The notes under the pieces were generated by a model that saw only the letters and a program-made list of their open reading frames with translations, did no database searches and was not told the origin of the DNA. From a virus (lineage: Duplodnaviria > Caudoviricetes): a DNA stretch of 64,000 nucleotides. The translations under genes and the position numbers were made by a program. The DNA is taken from IMG/VR virus record IMGVR_UViG_3300042327_001260, positions 32,001 through 96,000 of that record, one strand, 5' to 3'. The stretch's first letter is position 1, and each line of letters opens with the position of its first letter. Below, piece by piece: positions 57,122 to 64,000 of this stretch.

Positions 57122-59159
57122 ATGCTTTTAATTTTCTTTTTGTTGGTTTTTTAATCTTAACCTCGGTTTTTTTATCTTTTTCATTATAAGACAATAAAAA
57201 CTTAGAACCTTTTTCAGGATTATCCGATATAATCTTATCAGTTACAGCATCATCAACCCATTTTTGAATTGTTCTTTTTAGAATTCTAGCCCCGAACCTT
57301 GTATCTGTACCAACACCAATTATATGTTTTTTAAGTGTTTCATCAACTTCTAATTCAAAATCAATAGATTCTATTCTTTTGTAAACTTTAACAAGTTCTA
57401 ATTCAACAATTTTCATTAAATCGTCCTCATTTAAATCTTTAAAATAAATAATTTCATCAAATCTATTAATAAACTCAGGTGCAAATTTTTTGAATAACTC
57501 CTTTTCCAACACGGATTTAATTTCTTCGTCCTTTTGTTCTTGTTTTGAGTTTGTTGAAAACCCTACGCCCGTACCATATTGTTGTACTACTCTTGTACCT
57601 ACGTTTGATGTCATCAAAATAATACAATTTTTGAAGTTAATTTTTCTACCATGTCCATCAGTTAAAAATCCTTCATCTAACATTTGTAAAAATACGTTAA
57701 ATATTTCGGGGTGAGCCTTTTCAATCTCGTCTAACAAAATTACAGAATACGGTTTGTTTTTAATTTTATTTAAAAACGGGGAACCATCCTCATATCCAAC
57801 ATAACCTGGAGAAGTTCCCGTTAGTTTTGATGTTGCGATTTTATCTGAAAACTCACTCATATCTAATCTTATAAGTGCATCTTCGGTATTAAACATATGT
57901 TTAGCTAACTGTTTTGCTAATTCTGTCTTACCAACACCTGAATTACCAATTAATAAACCACTAAAGATTGGTTTTTTTGGATCATTCAAACCTACTTTAT
58001 TTCTTTGTATTGCTCTTGATATTTTACTTATTGCATCATTTTGTCCAACAACTTTATTACTAAGAGTTTTTTTTAAGGTTTTTAATTGTTCCGTTTCGTC
58101 GTTTGTTATTTTATTGATTGGTATTTTTGTCATTAAAGATACGACATCGTAGACAACCTCCTCAGTAACCTCTCTTTTATATAAGTTTCTATTTTTTTCA
58201 AATTCGTCCTTTTCTCTTTGTAAATCAGACAAAACTTTACGTTCCTTATCTCTAAGATTTGCAGCCTCTTCATATTTTTGGCTGTTAATTACCTTAACCT
58301 TTTCTTTTTTAATATCTTCCGCCTGCCTTTTTAAGTTCTCAATAATTTCAGGTAATTTAATTTCAACTTGTGATCTAGCACCAACCTCATCAATAATATC
58401 AAACGCCTTATCAGGAAATTCTCTATCTGTGATATATCTATCGGCTAATTCAACACATAGTTTTAAAATATCATCACTATATTTTACTTTATGGTGATTC
58501 TCATATCTTTCTTTTGAGTTTTGAAGTATCTCTAACGTCTCTTCTTTTGTTGAAGGGTCAACCATAACTTTTTGGAATCTTCTTTCAAGGGCTCCGTCCT
58601 TCTCGATGTTTTTTCTATATTCTTCTAATGTAGTTGCTCCAATACATTGTAATTCACCACGAGAAAGTGCGGGTTTAAATATGTTAGATGCATCCATAGA
58701 ACCTGAAGAGTTTCCTGCACCAATCATTGTATGTATTTCATCAATGAAAATAATAATATCAGGGTTCGCATAAAGTTCTTCAATAATAACTTTCATACGT
58801 TCTTCAAACTGTCCTCTATATTTTGTTCCTGCAACAATAGAAGTCATATCTAAAGAAACAATCCTTTTTCCTGATAAATTTTGCGGACAGTCCCCTTCAA
58901 AAATCTTTTTAGCTAACCCCTCAACAATCGCAGTTTTACCACAACCAGGTTCACCAAGAATTATAGGGTTATTTTTTTTCCTTCTTGATAGAATCTGAGC
59001 AATCCGATTAATTTCATTCTCTCTTCCAACAACAGGATCTAATTTACCTTCTTCTGCTAATTTGATTAAATCCCTTGAAAAATTATCAAGTACTGGGGTT
59101 TTTGTTGATCCGTCTTGGGATTTCTTCGGTTTTTCGTTACCGTCTACTGACTCTATCAT
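57120..59159 (-). CDS. clpC: ClpC-like AAA+ unfoldase lacking the N-terminal Clp-repeat domain
   Basis: Two Walker A motifs (GEPGCGKT, GNSGVGKT), short UVR-type middle domain (YEEAANLRD), ClpP-docking VGF loop. Confidence 0.9.
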   Translation of the reverse strand: MIESVDGNEKPKKSQDGSTKTPVLDNFSRDLIKLAEEGKLDPVVGRENEINRIAQILSRRKKNNPIILGEPGCGKTAIVEGLAKKIFEGDCPQNLSGKRIVSLDMTSIVAGTKYRGQFEERMKVIIEELYANPDIIIFIDEIHTMIGAGNSSGSMDASNIFKPALSRGELQCIGATTLEEYRKNIEKDGALERRFQKVMVDPSTKEETLEILQNSKERYENHHKVKYSDDILKLCVELADRYITDREFPDKAFDIIDEVGARSQVEIKLPEIIENLKRQAEDIKKEKVKVINSQKYEEAANLRDKERKVLSDLQREKDEFEKNRNLYKREVTEEVVYDVVSLMTKIPINKITNDETEQLKTLKKTLSNKVVGQNDAISKISRAIQRNKVGLNDPKKPIFSGLLIGNSGVGKTELAKQLAKHMFNTEDALIRLDMSEFSDKIATSKLTGTSPGYVGYEDGSPFLNKIKNKPYSVILLDEIEKAHPEIFNVFLQMLDEGFLTDGHGRKINFKNCIILMTSNVGTRVVQQYGTGVGFSTNSKQEQKDEEIKSVLEKELFKKFAPEFINRFDEIIYFKDLNEDDLMKIVELELVKVYKRIESIDFELEVDETLKKHIIGVGTDTRFGARILKRTIQKWVDDAVTDKIISDNPEKGSKFLLSYNEKDKKTEVKIKKPTKRKLKA

Positions 59160-59397
59160 AGTTATTTATTTTTTAAATATTAAACATAACCTAAATAATA
59201 ATCAATCAATTATTTTAATTTGTATATTTGTCAGTAAATATGACATTTTGTCAGTATTTTAATTTTGTTATTTATTTAGTAAAAAATTATACCAAAATAA
59301 AACAATTAAAATAAAAATATCACATTGGTGATGGTATTAATCTGCTTTAAAAGTGGACTTTTCGTTTTATTTACATATTTATTTTAAAAAAAACATT

Positions 59398-60984
59398 ATG
59401 AGAAATAACTTTATTTTAACTGAAGACGAAAAAAGAAGAATATTAGGTTTATATGAAACCCCTTCATCAAGAACAATTACAGAACAATACACGGGTAAAC
59501 CAGGTGCGGGATATGCGTCAGTTGCTATTTGTAAACAAAATGTTCCTATGAATGTTGTTATGAATGCGGGTTTGAATTGGAAAACAGTAAGAGCCGCTTG
59601 GGGTTCAACAGGAACCGCACAAGATAATATGGCGCTTAGAAACGCGTTCTGTGATGGTTGGAGACCTGGCGATGCGAAACCAGGAGCTGCAGGTGGAGGT
59701 GTCGCGGGAGCAGGTGCCACAGGAGCCGCAGGTGCAGGTGGGGGTGCTACAGGTGTTGTTGCTCCCGATGGAGTTGCTCAATCGGCGGTTAGTCCTGATT
59801 GTATTAATTTGACAGTTTCAGGAAGTTTTCCTGCAAATGTTTCATCTGATCCAAAACATATTACAAATTTCCTCAATAAGTTTATGGCACAGATAAATGC
59901 AAATCCACTATTACAATCGTCTTATAAGGCGGGTACTCTATATGTGGGAGGTATTAAATTAACAGGAGGGGCGAGTAACACATATGGTGGTCCTGTTGCC
60001 CCTGAAGTTGATAATAACTATAACCCGACAAGTCCGTCACCAAACGTAAGATACACAGGGAACGCGACTAAAAATAAGGCATTAGCAGTTCAAAGAGCTA
60101 ATGGTTTATATGCTGAGTTACAAAAACAATTACCGGCAATGAGAATTAATTTCGGACCAAGTGTTCAACCAACGGTATCATCTATGATTGTGGATACAGG
60201 TGGTCGTCCCGATTCATCAAAAACCGCAGCGTATCCAAATCCTGGACAAATTGTAAAATGTGAAATCGATTTATGTGGTGTAAATGCCGGATCATCAACA
60301 GGAGCTACTCCAACAACCGCAACAACAGTTACTGATACAGGTTCAACTCCAACAACAGCAACAACAGTTACTGATACAGGTTCAACACCAACAAACTTAA
60401 CTCAAATACAAGTTGAGATTCTTGATTGTTTTAAAGATGCTAAAATACAAGTTAACTACACGGGTACCGGACATAAATGTAATTTTGCGGTTTATGAAAT
60501 ATTTGTTAATGGTGTAAAATTAAAAAGAACCACAGGACAAGATTATGCTAGTTTAAATAATAAGGGCGATTTTGATAACGCTGAGAAAAAAGGTGAACAT
60601 AGATTTAACACTTTTATTATTGATAAAATTACAGCAACGTCTTTTGTTAATAAGGAAAGTTTATACGCATATAAAGGAAATTTACAAATAGATGCCGTTT
60701 GTGTATTAAAAAATCCTAAAAATGCTGCAGGATGGAATGGTGGTGGAGGTTGTCACGATGGTGTTGGTGAGGTAATTTGTGATGTTAATGGTCAAGAATA
60801 CTCAGAAACCGCAACGACTCCTGATAAGTATGGTGAGTCTTTAACGTTAGCCAATTTCCCGGCATGTAAAGCACAGTATGAAAAATTAATGCAATCTGGA
60901 GGTTTAAATAGTTTAGGAAGTGGTACTACCGCAGCACCACAACAACCAAAACAAAAAAGAGGATTATTCGGAAGAAGACAATAA
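59398..60984 (+). CDS. Leader-bearing multidomain protein with OmpA-like segment and Gly/Ala and Thr-rich linkers
   Basis: Start reassigned to 59398 (MRNNFILTEDEKRRILGLY..ITEQ); GGAS..NKALAVQRANGL; TPTTATTVTDTGS twice. Confidence 0.75.
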   Translation: MRNNFILTEDEKRRILGLYETPSSRTITEQYTGKPGAGYASVAICKQNVPMNVVMNAGLNWKTVRAAWGSTGTAQDNMALRNAFCDGWRPGDAKPGAAGGGVAGAGATGAAGAGGGATGVVAPDGVAQSAVSPDCINLTVSGSFPANVSSDPKHITNFLNKFMAQINANPLLQSSYKAGTLYVGGIKLTGGASNTYGGPVAPEVDNNYNPTSPSPNVRYTGNATKNKALAVQRANGLYAELQKQLPAMRINFGPSVQPTVSSMIVDTGGRPDSSKTAAYPNPGQIVKCEIDLCGVNAGSSTGATPTTATTVTDTGSTPTTATTVTDTGSTPTNLTQIQVEILDCFKDAKIQVNYTGTGHKCNFAVYEIFVNGVKLKRTTGQDYASLNNKGDFDNAEKKGEHRFNTFIIDKITATSFVNKESLYAYKGNLQIDAVCVLKNPKNAAGWNGGGGCHDGVGEVICDVNGQEYSETATTPDKYGESLTLANFPACKAQYEKLMQSGGLNSLGSGTTAAPQQPKQKRGLFGRRQ

Positions 60985-61002
60985 AATTTTATAACTAAAT
61001 AG

Positions 61003-61033
61003 AAAAAAAGGGGGGTTATTAATCCCCCTTTTT
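61003..61033. terminator. Bidirectional intrinsic terminator
   Basis: AAAAGGGGG/CCCCCTTTT hairpin between convergent genes. Confidence 0.75.
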
Positions 61034-61622
61034 AATTATACATCATTTTGATAATATCTTTATCTAATTCAGAATAATTTTGAGTCTCAGTCCACCCTTG
61101 ATAAAAAATACTATCAACGTAACTAAAAGAGTCATTTCCAAAACCTAAACATTGTGTTAATTCTTCTCTCAAAACATGTTTTCTTTGAGTGTTATTCCAA
61201 CTTCTTTCGACATCAACAAAAGCCAATGACATATCAATTTCACCGTATTTAGGAAAGATAAAAAATAACCCCCAAGAATCCTCAATAAAACTTTTACTCA
61301 TCGGATTAACTTTTACATAATCGTCAGGGCCTCCGAAATAAAGTCTAACATTTGCTTTAGTAATATCGTCAGTTAAGTAAAACTCAATTGGGTCTATTAA
61401 ATCGTTTAATTCTTTTAAAATTTTAATAGTCTCATCCTTTAATTCTTGATTGCAGTTACCTTGGATTATAACATACACATCTTTTTTAAATTTTAATATT
61501 TCTTTATGTGAACTATATTCAGTACCCATAGTAATCTCATTAAAATAAGAAACTACAGTGGTGTCCTGAGATAACCCTAAAAATCCTACTAATAAAAATA
61601 AAAGTGTTATTACTTGTTTCAT
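61032..61622 (-). CDS. Secreted DUF2927-like (zincin-like) protein
   Basis: Signal ..GLS|Q; REELTQCLGFGNDS...SIFY; TTTG-N19-TATATTTG promoter at 61640-61670. Confidence 0.75.
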   Translation of the reverse strand: MKQVITLLFLLVGFLGLSQDTTVVSYFNEITMGTEYSSHKEILKFKKDVYVIIQGNCNQELKDETIKILKELNDLIDPIEFYLTDDITKANVRLYFGGPDDYVKVNPMSKSFIEDSWGLFFIFPKYGEIDMSLAFVDVERSWNNTQRKHVLREELTQCLGFGNDSFSYVDSIFYQGWTETQNYSELDKDIIKMMYN

Positions 61623-61682
61623 GGTTTTTAATTATACAACAAATATAATACATTTATTTTAAACTGCAAAATATTTATTTAT

Positions 61683-61976
61683 ATGAGTGCATGGAAAGGA
61701 TTTATAGATGAGTTAAATTTAACAGAAAAATTAGAAGAAATATATTTCAGAATTAGGTTGGTTATTCAAAAAGAAGGGTGGTCAGATAAAGATTTAGAAC
61801 GACCACCATACTACCCAAATGAATTAATGAGTTTGCATCATAAATTTATGAATGAAAGAGATAAGTTACTTAAAACTATGGGTGATTATGGGTTTGATGT
61901 TGACTTAGACGAGTTGGTAAATTACCTTCAAGTTAAATTAAAAAAGATAGACGAAATAACTCCTTTAAAAAACTAA
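61683..61976 (+). CDS. Hypothetical protein
   Basis: 97 aa; TATTTAT at 61672. Confidence 0.7.
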   Translation: MSAWKGFIDELNLTEKLEEIYFRIRLVIQKEGWSDKDLERPPYYPNELMSLHHKFMNERDKLLKTMGDYGFDVDLDELVNYLQVKLKKIDEITPLKN

Positions 61977-61978
61977 TC

Positions 61979-62221
61979 ATGGCAATTAAAAAAACTGAAA
62001 TTATAGGAACAAAAATTATTTGTGAGATTGAATCAAGTAATTTAGTAAAAACAGAATATGACACAGTCACTAAAAAAATGATAGCCGAATTTAAAAATGG
62101 CGTAAGATATGAGTATGATGATGTCCCTCATAACACTTATGTTAAATTTAGAATGTCGGATTCACAAGGTAAGTATTTTAATTCAGATATATCTAAAAAA
62201 TTTAAGTATACAAAACTATAA
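61979..62221 (+). CDS. KTSC-domain protein
   Basis: ESSNL....YD......EFKNG..YEY.DVP...Y..F..S.SQGKYFN..I. Confidence 0.9.
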   Translation: MAIKKTEIIGTKIICEIESSNLVKTEYDTVTKKMIAEFKNGVRYEYDDVPHNTYVKFRMSDSQGKYFNSDISKKFKYTKL

Positions 62222-62248
62222 TCATTTTTCTAACTATTTATAAGTTAT

Positions 62249-63022
62249 ATGTCAAAAGATAAAAAAATTATAAATAGTTTTTATTTACAGGATGAATTAA
62301 ATCCTGACGTTTGGATTTTACCAAATGAAAAATTCATGGGTGATCCTGAAGGACAAAAACCAAAATTAAAACCTGAAATCAGAGAAAGACTTTTAAAGGC
62401 TTCAAAAATATTTATAGAATATTTGGATGTTGATTTTTTTGTACAAGATATCATATTAATTGGTTCTTTGGTTGGTTATAATTGGAGTGAATTTTCAGAT
62501 TTTGATTTACATGTTGTATATGACCCTAAAGACTTTGGTGATGAGAGTGAATTATACAGTGAATTGTTTTATCTAAAAAAAACAATTTTCAATGCTGCTC
62601 ATGATATTAGAATAAAAGGGTTTGAAGTTGAGTTATTTGCACAAGATGTTAACGAAAAAGAATCAAGTGTGGGTAGGTATTCTGTTTTAAATGATGAGTG
62701 GGTTAGAATTCCAGAAAAAGAAAATTTCTCAATAGACGAAAAAACATTAAAAGACAAGGCAAAACAATGGATGGATATTATCGATGGTGTTTTAGAAAAC
62801 GCTGAGGATGAGGATCTTGAGGATGCAATAGAACTTGTTAAAAAATATAAAGATAAATTACGTAAATATAGAACTTGTGGTTTAAAAAAAGAAGGTGAAT
62901 TTTCTTATGAAAATTTAGTGTTTAAATTTTTAAGACGTAACGGATATATATCTAAATTAGAAGATTTTAAAAATAAAATTACAGATAAAAAACTGTCGTT
63001 AGAACAAGAAAATTTTGAATAA
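62249..63022 (+). CDS. Pol-beta-superfamily nucleotidyltransferase-like protein
   Basis: IILIGSLVGYNWSEFSDFDLH (GS..DxD motif) and VELF; TATTTAT at 62235. Confidence 0.75.
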   Translation: MSKDKKIINSFYLQDELNPDVWILPNEKFMGDPEGQKPKLKPEIRERLLKASKIFIEYLDVDFFVQDIILIGSLVGYNWSEFSDFDLHVVYDPKDFGDESELYSELFYLKKTIFNAAHDIRIKGFEVELFAQDVNEKESSVGRYSVLNDEWVRIPEKENFSIDEKTLKDKAKQWMDIIDGVLENAEDEDLEDAIELVKKYKDKLRKYRTCGLKKEGEFSYENLVFKFLRRNGYISKLEDFKNKITDKKLSLEQENFE

Positions 63023-63107
63023 AAGATAAATTACAAAATAACAATATATTTATATAATAAAAAATTATACTAATGTAATTTAGTATTAACTTTAAACAAA
63101 TTAAAAA

Positions 63108-64000
63108 ATGGCAGATTTAAAACCTTTAGGGAGTGAGAAATTACAAGGAATGGATAAAATAAGAAGAATTCTTGAAATTTCTAGATATAAAGAGACTACC
63201 CCAAGAAACGAAAATATAAATGAAAGTGATGGTAGTACTGAATATAGTACTAAATTATCTGATGGTTTTTACTATGGTATAGTAAGAGAAAATAGAGGAT
63301 ATATTTTAATGCACGGTGTAAAACCTGATGAATTAACTTATATGGATGAGTTGTTAGAGAGAAAACACTACCCATCATATTCACAAGCACTTAAAAGACT
63401 TAATATTATTGCTTCGGAAGTCAATAGAAATACAGGGTATTCGTATGGTACCCCTTTGATTGGTGAACAATCAGAGCCAAAAAAAAAATTCATTTTAAAA
63501 ACACCTAAACCTAATGTTGGTGGGGATTCACCTGCGCCGCCCGCAGATTTAGGGGCACCAATGCCACCACCACCTGCACCGCCCGCAGATTTAGGGGCAC
63601 CAATGCCACCACCACCTGCACCGCCCGCAGATTTAGGGGCACCAATGCCACCAATGGGTGGAGAAGAAGGAATGCCACCAATACCACCAATGGGTGGAGA
63701 AGAAGGAATGCCACCTGCAGATTTAGGGGCACCAATGCCACCAATGGGTGGAGAAGAAGGAATGCCACCTGCAGATTTAGGAATGCCACCAATGGGTGGA
63801 GGAGAAGGATTACCTCCAGCGGATTTAGGAGTACCTATGGGTGGAGAAGAAGGAATGACACCAATGGGTGGAGAAGAAGGTGATGAAGGTGGTCCTGTAG
63901 GATTAAAAACTATCCAAAAATTAACAGGTAGACTAAGTCAAAAAATAAGATCATTTGATAAGGATAAAGGTATGGATTCTCAAGACATAAAATATGTTGT
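63108..64000 (+). CDS. Protein with Pro/Gly/Met-rich repeat region, truncated by the window end
   Basis: Translated by hand: MADLKPLGSEKLQGMDKIRRILEISRY...; appears open to the end; TATTTAT at 63047. Confidence 0.8.
   Translation, partial: MADLKPLGSEKLQGMDKIRRILEISRYKETTPRNENINESDGSTEYSTKLSDGFYYGIVRENRGYILMHGVKPDELTYMDELLERKHYPSYSQALKRLNIIASEVNRNTGYSYGTPLIGEQSEPKKKFILKTPKPNVGGDSPAPPADLGAPMPPPPAPPADLGAPMPPPPAPPADLGAPMPPMGGEEGMPPIPPMGGEEGMPPADLGAPMPPMGGEEGMPPADLGMPPMGGGEGLPPADLGVPMGGEEGMTPMGGEEGDEGGPVGLKTIQKLTGRLSQKIRSFDKDKGMDSQDIKYV
63530..63880 (+). repeat. Coding tandem repeats (39-nt PAPPADLGAPMPP units and PMGGEEGMPP units)
   Basis: Repeated gcagatttaggggcaccaatgccacc and atgggtggagaagaaggaatg. 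Confidence 0.85.

Noticed and set aside
59331-59346. Sigma-54-like TGGTAT..TGC element near clpC
   Set aside because: GG-to-GC spacing is off by one and it faces away from clpC
66-60984. Interpreting the shared leaders as Sec or lipoprotein signal peptides
   Set aside because: They are charged and amphipathic with no hydrophobic core, unlike the true signal peptides in the same window
50-63792. Numerous short antisense or alternate-frame ORFs in the track (e.g. 50..292, 1106..1483, 13721..14026, 45727..46149, 52078..52509, 59379..59720, 63511..63792)
   Set aside because: They lie fully inside longer, motif-bearing genes and have shadow-ORF composition
63530-63880. Possible CRISPR array
   Set aside because: Repeats are in-frame coding units with no unique spacers, and no cas genes are present
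1-64000. Stop-codon reassignment as seen in some large Bacteroidota phages
   Set aside because: Conserved genes are intact in the standard code, and TAA, TAG and TGA all end genes at sensible positions

Overview
AT-rich, gene-dense segment that reads as part of a large (jumbo-type) tailed-phage genome infecting a Bacteroidota host. Host evidence: TAnnTTTG -7 promoters, Bacteroidota-style signal peptides, a T9SS type-B sorting domain and a Gly-resume tmRNA. No capsid, terminase or polymerase gene is in the window, so the phage call is an inference. Recognisable genes: flavodoxin-like protein, P-loop kinase, GT2 plus PlcP/LpxH-like phosphoesterase, LysM, OmpA-like, CAP, GNAT, FKBP PPIase, UvrC, PAP2, ferritin-like, M23/M15 peptidase, GH108-like lysozyme, pyrimidine-dimer glycosylase, tmRNA, M20/M28 peptidase, ClpC-like ATPase, KTSC and a nucleotidyltransferase. 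The main unexplained structure is about 40 otherwise unrelated proteins that start with one of three related short amphipathic leaders (MKRIIRLTESDLxRIVKRVxxE, MNLxEEIxRIKxMMG, MKxLIKKILKEE), typically ending in [ILV]-x-E. These genes usually follow a TATTTAT motif, while a set of leader-less genes follows the host TAnnTTTG promoter. My hypothesis is a large, modular capsid-targeting and protease-cleaved cargo system, analogous to the T4 internal-protein CTS. It comes with leader-bounded gene cassettes and convergent pairs of a leader gene and a secreted-protein gene. Also notable are a putative Pho-box-controlled lipid-remodelling pair, a tmRNA with an unusual 21-aa tag close to ClpC, and a ~2 kb gene-poor region with G/C tracts at an apparent codon-bias switch (candidate origin or packaging site). 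All family assignments are by eye from motifs, not from database searches.
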